From positions 1 through 49,983 of the forward strand of contig SVQV01000003.1 in the NCBI GenBank assembly GCA_015065175.1: a DNA stretch of 49,983 nt. The letters run 5' to 3'. The stretch comes from Oscillospiraceae bacterium. Lineage in GTDB: Bacteria; Bacillota; Clostridia; Oscillospirales; CAG-272. Below are positions 1-9,536 of this stretch, piece after piece. The notes below the pieces were generated by a model. The model searched no databases. It worked only from the letters and a program-made list of their open reading frames with translations, and was not told the DNA's origin. Position 1 is the stretch's first letter, and every line of letters begins with the position of its first letter. Both the position numbers and the translations under genes were made by a program.

Positions 1-376
1 ACTGATGCATGCGGGGGATAAGAGATACGACAGGTCTAACCCTAACAGGATATTGCCTGTGGTAAAAATGTTCCCTAACCTTACCTTTGTTGCCGCTCAT
101 CTCGGAGGCTGGTCGGTCTGGCAGGATGCCGCGAAGGAATTAAAGGGACTCGATAACCTTTATGTAGACACTTGCTCCTCCTCTGCTTTTTTGGAGAAGG
201 ACGAAATGAAGAGGATAATCGACAGCTACGGAACAGACAAGGTGCTTTTCGGCACTGACTACCCTATGTGGCAGGCAGACAAAGAGATAGAATATCTCCT
301 CTCTCTCGGCTACAGTGAAGAAGAATATGAAAATATATTTGCGAAAAACGCGATCCGCGCATATAAATTAAAGTAA
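1..376 (+). CDS. Amidohydrolase_2-family metal-dependent hydrolase, C-terminal part (5' end outside the window)
   Basis: AAHLGG, YVDTCSS and VLFGTDYP motifs; the frame is open to the window edge. Confidence 0.85.
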   Translation, partial: LMHAGDKRYDRSNPNRILPVVKMFPNLTFVAAHLGGWSVWQDAAKELKGLDNLYVDTCSSSAFLEKDEMKRIIDSYGTDKVLFGTDYPMWQADKEIEYLLSLGYSEEEYENIFAKNAIRAYKLK

Positions 377-388
377 GAGGATAGAAAA

Positions 389-1615
389 ATGGAAGAAAAG
401 AAGATAAATTTCGAGAGCTATTTTAAGGATTATCCTTCCACGGACGGCTATTTCGGTAAGTACGGCGGCTGTTATATTTCCGAGGAATTGAAGGCTCCTA
501 TGCAGGAGATAACCGACGCTTATTTCAACATCTGCAAGTCCCGCCGTTTTATCAGTGAGCTTCGCAGAATAAGAAAAGAGTTTCAGGGCAGACCTACTCC
601 TATCACACATCTTGAAAGACTTTCGGGTCAGATAGGAAACGTTCAGATATACGCTAAGCGTGAGGATCTCAACCACACAGGCGCGCACAAGCTCAATCAC
701 TGTATGGGCGAGGCGCTTCTCGCTAAGTATATGGGCAAGAAGAAGATAATCGCCGAAACAGGCGCGGGACAGCACGGCGTTGCGCTTGCTACCGCTGCCG
801 CATATTTCGGTCTTGAGTGCGACATATATATGGGCTCTGTGGATATCAAGAAGCAGGCTCCCAATGTTGCGCGTATGAAGATCTTGGGCGCTAATGTAAT
901 AGAGGTAACACACGGCTTGGCTACTCTTAAAGAGGCGGTTGACGCGGCTTTTGAGGCATACAGCAAGGAATACAAGGATTGCATTTACTGTATCGGCTCA
1001 GTACTCGGCCCGCATCCGTTCCCTATGATGGTTCGTGACTTCCAGAGCGTTGTCGGAATTGAGGCGAGAGAGCAGTTCCTTGAAATGACGGGAGAATTGC
1101 CCGATCACATCGTTGCCTGTGTAGGCGGCGGCTCCAATGCGGCAGGCTTCTTCTCGGGATTTTTGAAGGACGAGACCGTAAATATTTACGGCATTGAGCC
1201 TCTCGGCAGAGGCGAGAAGTTAGGCGACCACGCGGCGAGCCTTAAGTACGGAACAGAGGGAATCATGCACGGCTTCAACAGCATTATGCTGAAGGATGAA
1301 AACGGAGATCCCGCTCCCGTATATTCTGTCGCAAGCGGTCTTGATTATCCCTCATCGGGTCCTGAGCATGCTTTTCTCCGTGATATCGGCAGAGTAAAGT
1401 ATGACGTAATAAACGATGATGAAACAATTGACGCATTCTTCCGTCTTTCACGCGCGGAGGGAATCATTCCGGCGATAGAGAGCGCGCACGCTGTTGCATA
1501 CGCTATAAAGCTTGCCGAAAAGTTAGGTCACGGCTCTGTGCTTGTAAATCTTTCGGGCAGAGGCGACAAGGATATGGATTACGTAATCGAGAATTACGGT
1601 ATTCCGCAGAAATAA
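389..1615 (+). CDS. trpB: Tryptophan synthase beta chain (no adjacent trpA)
   Basis: [15 protein letters not shown] lysine, [31 protein letters not shown] motifs; GAGG RBS. Confidence 0.95.
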   Translation: MEEKKINFESYFKDYPSTDGYFGKYGGCYISEELKAPMQEITDAYFNICKSRRFISELRRIRKEFQGRPTPITHLERLSGQIGNVQIYAKREDLNHTGAHKLNHCMGEALLAKYMGKKKIIAETGAGQHGVALATAAAYFGLECDIYMGSVDIKKQAPNVARMKILGANVIEVTHGLATLKEAVDAAFEAYSKEYKDCIYCIGSVLGPHPFPMMVRDFQSVVGIEAREQFLEMTGELPDHIVACVGGGSNAAGFFSGFLKDETVNIYGIEPLGRGEKLGDHAASLKYGTEGIMHGFNSIMLKDENGDPAPVYSVASGLDYPSSGPEHAFLRDIGRVKYDVINDDETIDAFFRLSRAEGIIPAIESAHAVAYAIKLAEKLGHGSVLVNLSGRGDKDMDYVIENYGIPQK

Positions 1616-1643
1616 TTTCAGTAATATTTTATCGGAGGTAGAT

Positions 1644-2723
1644 ATGGAAAAGTTAAAGGTTGGCGTTATAGGCGCTACAGGTATGGTAGGACAGAGATTT
1701 CTTCTGCTCCTTGAAAATCACCCCTATTTTGAGGTCGCTGTTTTGGCGGCTTCCGCGCGCTCGGCGGGACAGAGCTATGAGAAGGCAGTAGGAGAAAGAT
1801 GGAAAATGTCTGTTCCTATGCCCGAAAAGTATAAGAATATGATAGTAAAGGACGCGTCCGACATTGACAGCGTAAAGCCCTATGTCAGCTTCGTTTTCTG
1901 CGCGGTTGATATGAAGAAGCCCGACATTTTGGCGCTTGAGGAGGCCTATGCCAAGGCGGAAATTCCCGTAGTTTCCAACAACTCGGCAAACCGCTGGACC
2001 CCCGACGTTCCTATGGTTATTCCCGAAATAAACGACTCTCACTTAGAGGTCATTGAGCATCAGAGAAAGAGACTCGGAACAAAGAGAGGCTTTATTGCCG
2101 TAAAGCCTAACTGCTCTATTCAGTCCTACGTTCCCGCACTCACTCCCTTGCTCAAATACAAGCCCACACAGATAGTAGCTACTACCTATCAGGCAATTTC
2201 GGGCGCAGGCAAGACCTTTAAGGAATGGCCCGAAATGATAGACAACGTAATTCCTTACATCGGCGGCGAGGAAGAAAAGAGCGAGCAGGAGCCTCTGCGT
2301 GTATGGGGTAAGGTTGAAAACGGAGAGATAGTTAAGGCTGATGCTCCTCTTATCACTACACAGTGTATCCGTGTTCCCGTAACAAACGGTCACACAGCGG
2401 CTGTTTTCGTTAAGTTTTTAAACAAGCCCTCAAAGGAAGAAATCCTCGAAGCGTGGAAGAATTTTGCGGGCAAGCCTCAGGCTCTCGGTCTTCCCTCGGC
2501 TCCTACGCAGTTCATCACATATTTTGAAGAGGATAACCGTCCTCAAGCCGCTCTTGACAGAGACATATACGGCGGAATGGGCGTTACTGTCGGCAGACTC
2601 CGCGAGGACACACTCTTCGATTATAAGTTTGTCGGTCTTTCCCATAACACAGTAAGAGGCGCGGCAGGCGGCGCAGTGCTTATAGCAGAGCTTCTTTACC
2701 GCGAGGGATATTTCGCAGAATAA
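1644..2723 (+). CDS. asd: Aspartate-semialdehyde dehydrogenase
   Basis: GATGMVGQ NAD(P) motif, PNC catalytic Cys, SGAG, HNTVRGAAGG; GGAGG RBS. Confidence 0.95.
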   Translation: MEKLKVGVIGATGMVGQRFLLLLENHPYFEVAVLAASARSAGQSYEKAVGERWKMSVPMPEKYKNMIVKDASDIDSVKPYVSFVFCAVDMKKPDILALEEAYAKAEIPVVSNNSANRWTPDVPMVIPEINDSHLEVIEHQRKRLGTKRGFIAVKPNCSIQSYVPALTPLLKYKPTQIVATTYQAISGAGKTFKEWPEMIDNVIPYIGGEEEKSEQEPLRVWGKVENGEIVKADAPLITTQCIRVPVTNGHTAAVFVKFLNKPSKEEILEAWKNFAGKPQALGLPSAPTQFITYFEEDNRPQAALDRDIYGGMGVTVGRLREDTLFDYKFVGLSHNTVRGAAGGAVLIAELLYREGYFAE

Positions 2724-2733
2724 TTTGAGCTAT

Positions 2734-2952
2734 ATGTATTTTTATCAAAGACTGAGGGACATGAGAGAGGACTCGGACAAAAAGCAGGAGGATATAGCTG
2801 CGGTTTTAAATATTACCCGACAGCAGTATCAGCTTTATGAAAGCGGAAGACGTGAAATGCCGATGCATCATTTTGTCACCTTGGCGAAATATTACAACGT
2901 TTCTCTCGACTATCTTGCAGGGCTTTTGGACACACCTAAAAAGCTCAGATAA
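2734..2952 (+). CDS. XRE/HTH_3 transcriptional regulator
   Basis: RLRDMRED..QEDIA..YESG..LAKYYNVSLDYL pattern; ATG 2734 preferred over TTG 2725. Confidence 0.85.
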   Translation: MYFYQRLRDMREDSDKKQEDIAAVLNITRQQYQLYESGRREMPMHHFVTLAKYYNVSLDYLAGLLDTPKKLR

Positions 2953-2969
2953 TTTATATCAGAAGCAGC

Positions 2970-3108
2970 AGGGACTGAGTCAAAAATTTTGACTTTAGTC
3001 ATATACAAAAGCAACAAAAACCAAGATCAATCATTGCGATTTGACCTTGGTTTTTTGTTATGACTGCACATAGCGTTCATAATTTGTTAATGCTATGAAT
3101 CAGCCCCT
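2970..3108. mobile_element. Putative MITE-like folded element with imperfect terminal inverted repeats; probably also acts as a bidirectional terminator
   Basis: Left end AGGGACTGAGTCA versus reverse complement of right end AGGGGCTGATTCA (11/13); three internal hairpins; lies between convergent genes. Confidence 0.45.
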
Positions 3109-3140
3109 TTTTTCGTTACCGTTCGGTAAGTAATGAGTAT

Positions 3141-4400
3141 TTAAAAATTCAAGCAGTCGGGCTTGAGAAGAAAATCAAAAAGACTCAGCAAGTAAATTCC
3201 ATCTTCATTGTAGTGAGAGCGTGAAATATCCTTTACAATGATGATTTTTTTGAAGGAATCGTCTATTCTTACAAGTGAGTTTTGTTCCTGTTCCAACTTT
3301 TCATTTGTGGGAATGGAAAGAGCTGCTTGTATATAATAACGCTTATCGGATTGATTGCATACAAAATCCACCTCAGATTGCTTCAATACGCTTTTTTTTC
3401 CGCCCTCCGACAAATAGTATTCTACAACACCAACATCAACATTGAATCCTCGAATACGAAGTTCATTGTATACGACATTCTCCATAGCGTGAGTCTCTTC
3501 GGATTGACGGAAGTTCAATCGCGCGTTTCTGAGTCCTATATCGGTAAAATAATATTTTGACGGCGTGTTGATGTATTTACGTCCCTTGATGTTATAGCGC
3601 TTTGCTTGTTCTATTAAAAATGAATCCACAAGGTAGTCAATATAGTTTTTAACAGTATCGGGGTGCAATGATACCTGTTTCACGCTTTTGAAGGTATCGG
3701 AGAGCTTTTTGGGATTTGTCAGAGAACCTATGGCAGAAGAAAGAATGTCAAGCAATTCTTCAAGCTCATAATCTCCTCGTATACCGTTTCGTTCTCGGAT
3801 ATCCTTAAGATAGGTTTCTGCAAAAATGTCCTTTAAATAATTAGCTTTATCCTCATCGGTCGGAAATTGAAACAGCTTGGGTAATCCGCCGAAATTGATA
3901 TATTGCCTCCAGCCTTCCTCTGCCGTTCCTTCAAATGCAGACATAAATTCGCTGAATGAAAGTGGGAAAATATGAATTTGATCTCCGCGACCTCGGAACT
4001 CGGTAATGATATCCTTTGACAAAAATTTCGCATTGCTTCCTGTGACGAAGGTATCAGCGTTTTTTATATGCAGAAAGCTGTTGAGAACATCCTCAAATTC
4101 GGGCACTAATTGAACTTCGTCCAGAAGTATATAGTACATATCTTCGTCTTTGATATAGTCGTGAACATAATCGCACAGATAGTCGGGATCGCGGTATTTT
4201 TTGTTCCTTCGGTCGTCAAGCGCAATTCTTATAATATGATCTTCCTTAATGCCGATAGACAAAAGGTGCTTATAAAACAATTCAAACAACAAATAAGACT
4301 TTCCGCATCTGCGAATTCCCGTTATGACTTTGATCATTCCGTTATGTTTATGACGTATCAGCTTATTCAGGTACAGATCGCGTTTAATCTCCAGTTCCAT
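3141..4400 (-). CDS. AAA_14 ATPase with C-terminal DUF4143 domain
   Basis: Walker A GIRRCGKS, Walker B ILLDEVQ, TGSN, KYYFTDIGLRN, EVDFV..YYIQ. Confidence 0.9.
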   Translation of the reverse strand: MELEIKRDLYLNKLIRHKHNGMIKVITGIRRCGKSYLLFELFYKHLLSIGIKEDHIIRIALDDRRNKKYRDPDYLCDYVHDYIKDEDMYYILLDEVQLVPEFEDVLNSFLHIKNADTFVTGSNAKFLSKDIITEFRGRGDQIHIFPLSFSEFMSAFEGTAEEGWRQYINFGGLPKLFQFPTDEDKANYLKDIFAETYLKDIRERNGIRGDYELEELLDILSSAIGSLTNPKKLSDTFKSVKQVSLHPDTVKNYIDYLVDSFLIEQAKRYNIKGRKYINTPSKYYFTDIGLRNARLNFRQSEETHAMENVVYNELRIRGFNVDVGVVEYYLSEGGKKSVLKQSEVDFVCNQSDKRYYIQAALSIPTNEKLEQEQNSLVRIDDSFKKIIIVKDISRSHYNEDGIYLLSLFDFLLKPDCLNF

Positions 4401-4456
4401 TTTATATCCGCCTCCAATAGATATTGTTCGGGCAAACCCGAAAAATTTTCAATAAT

Positions 4457-4485
4457 ATTATACCCAACAATTGCAAAAAAGTCAA
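4457..4485 (-). promoter_or_regulatory. sigma70/A promoter of the AAA ATPase gene
   Basis: Minus strand TTGACT-17 bp-TATAAT. Confidence 0.75.
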
Positions 4486-4534
4486 TAGGATAAGATAATT
4501 TATTTAAAATATCAACTAAACAATAAAACTGTTT

Positions 4535-4549
4535 ACGAAAAATTTTCGT
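4535..4549. promoter_or_regulatory. Palindromic operator-like site
   Basis: ACGAAAA-A-TTTTCGT perfect inverted repeat; related CGAAAAATTTTC at 4439-4450. Confidence 0.4.
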
Positions 4550-4619
4550 GATTTTTGAGCAAAAAGACTCTTTATGTGTTATAATTGATATAAAGGAATC
4601 ATTATGTCGGGAGGTAAAA

Positions 4620-5594
4620 ATGACTTTAAAAAAACTTGCGTGTCTTGCGGGAAGCTCGATAGGTACTGTCTCGAAGGCTTTTTCGGGGAGTAAGGAGATA
4701 AGCGAAGAAACCCGTGAGCGTATATTTGCATTAGCTAAAGAGCATGATTGCTTCGACAAATATTATAAGTCGCCGAGACAGCGCCCCTTGATAGCGCTGA
4801 TGCCCCCCGAGCCTGAAAGTGAGTATTACGGCAGGGAGATAGGAATGCTTGAACGCGCTATAAGCTCACGCGGCGCAGATACGATAATAACCTTTACCCG
4901 ATTTGACCGAGAATATGAAGCGCGTATGTTCCGTGAGCTTGCTTACAGAATGAAGGTCGACGGAATAGTGATATGGGGAGGCGGAGAATTGATAAGCAAC
5001 CCCGATGCTCTGCCGCTCGTTCTTATCACACAAGCAAGACCGAAAAACAAGAATGCGGATACAGTGAAAATTGACTTCAACGGCGGAATTTCCGAGCTTG
5101 TCGGAACGCTCAAGGACTACGGACACAAAAAGGTCGGATACATAGGTGAGAAGCTCACCGTTTCCAAGGAGCGAGAGCTGAAAAACGCGATGCGTAAGGC
5201 GGGAATGCCTGTTTTGGATGAGTATTTCATGCTTTCAGAAAGCCGCTTTGCCGAGGCGGGCGAGGACGGTATGCGGAAGCTCATATCGCAGAATGACCTG
5301 CCCGACGTTATAGTTGCGGCATACGACCAGATAGCCTACGGAGCTATTAAGGTCGCACGTGAAAAAGGACTCAGAATTCCCGACGATATTTCCTTTGTCG
5401 GTATGGATGATATTTCTCCTACCCCCTATTTCGATATACCTTTAAGCTCGCTTTACATAGACTTTGAAGAAGCCTGTGATAAAATAGTTGACCTGATATT
5501 CAAGCGTATAGAAAACAGGCATTACCGAGAGCGTGAGGCTATAACCGTTCCCGTAAGGCTGAATGTACGTGAGTCTTTAAAGTTCGCTAAATGA
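4620..5594 (+). CDS. LacI-family transcriptional regulator
   Basis: N-terminal HTH MTLKKLA..SIGTVSKAF; C-terminal D-x-IA and IPDDISFVGMDD; GGAGG RBS before ATG 4620; extended -10 TGTTATAAT at 4577-4585. Confidence 0.92.
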   Translation: MTLKKLACLAGSSIGTVSKAFSGSKEISEETRERIFALAKEHDCFDKYYKSPRQRPLIALMPPEPESEYYGREIGMLERAISSRGADTIITFTRFDREYEARMFRELAYRMKVDGIVIWGGGELISNPDALPLVLITQARPKNKNADTVKIDFNGGISELVGTLKDYGHKKVGYIGEKLTVSKERELKNAMRKAGMPVLDEYFMLSESRFAEAGEDGMRKLISQNDLPDVIVAAYDQIAYGAIKVAREKGLRIPDDISFVGMDDISPTPYFDIPLSSLYIDFEEACDKIVDLIFKRIENRHYREREAITVPVRLNVRESLKFAK

Positions 5595-5659
5595 GTCGAT
5601 CAGGCGGGGACAGTAAGATAGATTTAAAAAAAACCTTCCGATTGTCTGTATAAATTTTC

Positions 5660-5688
5660 TTGACTCCCATAAACAAAGATTATATAAT
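5660..5688 (+). promoter_or_regulatory. sigma70/A promoter
   Basis: TTGACT-17 bp-TATAAT. Confidence 0.75.
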
Positions 5689-5752
5689 TACAGTGTGGCA
5701 AGATGTTTTTTTAAGATGAAACAGCAATATCGGAGAAGGGTGGGTAATTGTT

Positions 5753-6802
5753 ATGAAAATAGGTATGATAGGAGCGGGCGCGATCTCGACGCTTCATATG
5801 AATGCGTATGCGAAAATTCCCGGTTGTGAGGTAACGGCTATTGCGGATCTGAATTTGCCGTTGGCGCAAGGTGTGGCTGACAAATACGGAATAGCTAATG
5901 TATATTCGGACTACAGAAATATTCTGGCTGACGAAAGCATAGATGCGGTAAGTATAGTTACACCGACCTTTACACACAAAAATATAGCTATGGATGCTAT
6001 AAAAGCGAATAAGCATGTGCTTTGCGAAAAGCCCCCGGCATTGAATGCACATGAGACAAGAGAGATAGTCGAAGCGGCGAAAAAATATGACAAATGCTTT
6101 ATGTTTGCTTTCGCGCTTCGTTTTGAAAATGAAGTAACCTACCTGAAAGACTATGTGGACTCGGGTAAAATGGGCAAGATAGTTTGCGCTCAGGGCGCCC
6201 GACTCAATACTCTGTCTCCCGCAAAGGGCTGGTTCAACAGTCGGGCAAAGGGCGGCGGAAGCTTGAGGGACGAGGGGATTCACGAGCTTGATGCGATGCT
6301 TTATCTTATGGGCTATCCCAAGCCTAAGGCGGTGCTTGCCGCAGCCGATTTTTCGAACAAGGAGCTTTTATACAGGGTAAAAAACTGCGGAAAAGGTTGG
6401 CATTCTGTTGACACTACCCATTACGAAAGAGATGTTGAGGACGTTATAAAGGGATTTGTTACGTTTGAAAACGGCGCGAGTCTGATCATTGGCGCAAGCA
6501 GTATTTTAAGGGCTACCTGTGAAAGACGGTATGTTGAGATAAACGGCGACACTGCGGGCGCAATGTGGTCTGTGGACAAAAGACAGCTTGAAATGAACGA
6601 GATAAACGGTGAAGACATGTCGGTCGTTTATACTCCCGATATAAATAAAAACAACCCCTTTGACAGTGAAATTGCGCATTTTGTAGATTGCTGTCTTGGA
6701 AAAGCCGAGAGCATCTGCCGCGTTGATGAGGCTGTAAGGCTTATGGAGATTATTGATGCAATTTACGAGTCGGCTGATAAGGGAATTCCGATAATGCTTT
6801 AA
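5753..6802 (+). CDS. Gfo/Idh/MocA-family oxidoreductase
   Basis: GAGAIS Rossmann motif, HVLCEKP, GGGSLRDEGIH. Confidence 0.92.
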   Translation: MKIGMIGAGAISTLHMNAYAKIPGCEVTAIADLNLPLAQGVADKYGIANVYSDYRNILADESIDAVSIVTPTFTHKNIAMDAIKANKHVLCEKPPALNAHETREIVEAAKKYDKCFMFAFALRFENEVTYLKDYVDSGKMGKIVCAQGARLNTLSPAKGWFNSRAKGGGSLRDEGIHELDAMLYLMGYPKPKAVLAAADFSNKELLYRVKNCGKGWHSVDTTHYERDVEDVIKGFVTFENGASLIIGASSILRATCERRYVEINGDTAGAMWSVDKRQLEMNEINGEDMSVVYTPDINKNNPFDSEIAHFVDCCLGKAESICRVDEAVRLMEIIDAIYESADKGIPIML

Positions 6803-6852
6803 AGACGGAATCACTATTGCCGTCATCTGAGCTTTTTCTTTACCGTACAATA

Positions 6853-6901
6853 AAAAACAAGGTCTTTGTGTTTCTGACACACGTTAAAAGACCTTGTTTT
6901 T
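6853..6901. terminator. Bidirectional intrinsic terminator
   Basis: AAAAACAAGGTCTTT...AAAGACCTTGTTTTT 15-bp inverted repeat between convergent genes. Confidence 0.8.
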
Positions 6902-6911
6902 ATATTTTTAG

Positions 6912-9536
6912 TTATTCCTCGCTCCAGCGACGGCAGACGGACACGTCTACTGTCAGAGGTACGGGGAGCAGGACGGCGTTTTCCATTTCGGCTTTCAACA
7001 GGTCGGCGGCAAGCTCGGCGCAGTCTTTGTGAGCTTCTATTACAAGCTCGTCGTGTACCTGCATAACGATTTTTGCGTCCAAGCCCTCGGCTTTGAGCCG
7101 TCTGTCTACGTTAAGCATAGCTATCTTCATTATGTCGGCGGCAGTTCCTTGGATGGGGCTGTTCATTGCGACACGCTTTCCGAATTCCTGCATCATTTTT
7201 TTGGATGAGGAAAGCTCGGGGATATATCTGCGCCTGCCGAAAAGCGTGGTAGTGTAGCCAAGCTCGGAGGCGGCAGCTATAGAAGAATCAAGGTAATCCT
7301 TTATTCCCGTGTACTTCTCAAAGTAGCTGTCTATATACTGCTTTGCCTGTCCGACCGAAATGTTGAGGTCGCCCGACAGGGAATAAGCGCCTATTCCGTA
7401 AACTATGCCGAAGTTTACCGCCTTTGCGCGCTTGCGGTATTCTTCTGTCACGGCATATTCGGGAATTCCGAACACAGCCGAAGCGGTTTTCGTATGAATG
7501 TCTGCGCCCTCGTTGAATGCCTCTGTCATAGTCTCATCGCCCGAAAGGCAGGCGAGCAGGCGAAGCTCTATCTGCGAATAGTCGGCATCTATTAAAACAT
7601 AATCCTCGTTTTTAGTGGTAAACTGCTCTCTTATCTTTCTGCCGAGCGCAGTTTTTATCGGAATGTTCTGCAGGTTCGGTTCGCTTGAAGAAAGTCTGCC
7701 CGTGGCGGTGAGTGCCTGCTTGAAGTCGGTGTGAACACGTCCGTTTTCATCGGCTACCTTCAAAAGTCCGACGGCATAGGTGGATTTGAGCTTCTGCACC
7801 TTTCGGTAGTCTAAGATCTCGTCTATTATCGGATGAGAGAAGCGGAGCTTTTCAAGAGTTTCAACATCGGTTGAATATCCGCTTTTCGTCTTTTTCTTCA
7901 GAGGAAGCCCAAGCTCTTCGACTAATACTTGAGCTAATTGCTTAGGTGAGTTGATGTTAAATTCAAGCCCCGCAAGCTGATAAATACGCTCGGTGTCCTC
8001 ATCTACGGTTTTTGTCAGCTCGTCGCAGAAGGCTTTCATTCCGTCTACATCTATCTTAAAGCCTGTCTCCTCGATTTCGGCAAGGAGAATTGCAAGAGGA
8101 AGCTCTACCTTCTCTATAAGCTCAAGCGAGCCTTCCTTTGCGGCTTTTTCTGCAAGCGAGTCGCATAAAGGAGAAAGCAGATGCGCATACGGCTCGTTTT
8201 CCGAAAGGCTTGCCGAAAGATAATATTCCGCAAGCTGATGAACGCTCCTTCCCGCATCGGCGGAGTTTATCACGTATGAATAAAGCATAATATCCTTTGG
8301 TATGCAATTAAGCTTTATGCCGTTTGCGCTTAATGTGTGATAAAGTGCCTTGCTGTCATAGCAGATTATTTCCTTCGCATTTTCAAAAAGCGAGGAAAGG
8401 GAGGAAAGCGAGTCTGAAACACAATAATTACAACCGTTTTCGGAAACATATATCTTTCCGTCACAGAGCTGGAGCGCAAAGCTCGGTATGTCCCGCGTCA
8501 GAAGCTCGCTTGATGAAATTTCGGTATAGCTTGCGCATATTTCGGCTTTTGCGCTGCAAGCATTTGCTTCTTCGGCTTCCTTCCTTGCGCATTCGGAGCA
8601 TTCGGGCGAGCTTGTCTTTACTGTAGGCTCGGCGGGAGCTTCGGTCGGTGAGGATGAAGGCTCGGTAAGACCGAACTTTTTGATAAAGGCGTTGAATTCA
8701 AGCTCCTTGAATTTGCTATACAGACCGTCATTATCGACGGGCTTTATTTTTATATCCTCTAAATCGTTTATTATCGGAACATCGGTGATTATTTTCGCTA
8801 AAGTATAGCAGAGGTATGCGGAGTCCTTGCCGTTTATCAGCTTTTCTCTTACGCCCTTGGCGATAGAGGGAGAGTCGATGTTTTCATATATTTTATCGAG
8901 AGAGCCGAATTCGGTTATAAGCTTGAAGGCAGTCTTTTCACCTATTCCCGCAACTCCGGGGATATTATCCGAGGAGTCTCCCATAAGAGCTTTAGCATCT
9001 ATAAGCGAGACAGGCGGTACTCCGTATTTTTCGGTAAAGGCAGCGGTGTCATAGTGTACGGTGTCCGAGTTTGTCGCAAGCAAAACGTTTATTCTGTCAT
9101 CGATAAGCTGCAAAAGGTCACGGTCGCCGCTTAAAATATAGGCGAAAAGCTCAGGGTCATTCTTCGTCATTGAGGCGATAGTGCCCTGAATGTCGTCTGC
9201 CTCGTAACCGCAAAGCTCTAAGGTATGAAGTCCCATAAGGCGCAGACATTCCTTCGCGTCGTCGAACTGGGAAAGAAGCTCCTCGGGTGTCGAGTGTCTG
9301 CCCTCCTTGTAGGCGGGGTACATCTGCTTTCGGAAGGTGGGGGCGCACAGGTCGAATGCGACAGCCGCATAGTCGGGCTTTATTGCCTGAAGCTGACGGC
9401 TTATTATATTTATCATACCGTATATGGCGTTAGTATGCTTTCCGCTTCTTGTGGTCAGATCTCTTATTCCGTAGAAGGCGCGGTTTATGATACTGTTTCC
9501 GTCAACCACTAAAATCTTTTTCATATTCAAACTCAT
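6912..9536 (-). CDS. polA: DNA polymerase I
   Basis: 5'-3' exonuclease (VDGNS, EADD, GDRD, GDSSDNIPGV) and polymerase motifs (TGRLSS, DYSQIELR, KAVNFGIVYG, QVHDEL); start at 9536 or 9524. Confidence 0.97.
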   Translation of the reverse strand: MSLNMKKILVVDGNSIINRAFYGIRDLTTRSGKHTNAIYGMINIISRQLQAIKPDYAAVAFDLCAPTFRKQMYPAYKEGRHSTPEELLSQFDDAKECLRLMGLHTLELCGYEADDIQGTIASMTKNDPELFAYILSGDRDLLQLIDDRINVLLATNSDTVHYDTAAFTEKYGVPPVSLIDAKALMGDSSDNIPGVAGIGEKTAFKLITEFGSLDKIYENIDSPSIAKGVREKLINGKDSAYLCYTLAKIITDVPIINDLEDIKIKPVDNDGLYSKFKELEFNAFIKKFGLTEPSSSPTEAPAEPTVKTSSPECSECARKEAEEANACSAKAEICASYTEISSSELLTRDIPSFALQLCDGKIYVSENGCNYCVSDSLSSLSSLFENAKEIICYDSKALYHTLSANGIKLNCIPKDIMLYSYVINSADAGRSVHQLAEYYLSASLSENEPYAHLLSPLCDSLAEKAAKEGSLELIEKVELPLAILLAEIEETGFKIDVDGMKAFCDELTKTVDEDTERIYQLAGLEFNINSPKQLAQVLVEELGLPLKKKTKSGYSTDVETLEKLRFSHPIIDEILDYRKVQKLKSTYAVGLLKVADENGRVHTDFKQALTATGRLSSSEPNLQNIPIKTALGRKIREQFTTKNEDYVLIDADYSQIELRLLACLSGDETMTEAFNEGADIHTKTASAVFGIPEYAVTEEYRKRAKAVNFGIVYGIGAYSLSGDLNISVGQAKQYIDSYFEKYTGIKDYLDSSIAAASELGYTTTLFGRRRYIPELSSSKKMMQEFGKRVAMNSPIQGTAADIMKIAMLNVDRRLKAEGLDAKIVMQVHDELVIEAHKDCAELAADLLKAEMENAVLLPVPLTVDVSVCRRWSEE

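Noticed and set aside
4367-4759. Minus-strand 130-aa ORF spanning the ATPase/LacI intergenic region
   Set aside because: It overlaps both genes and both promoters and shows no protein-family signal.
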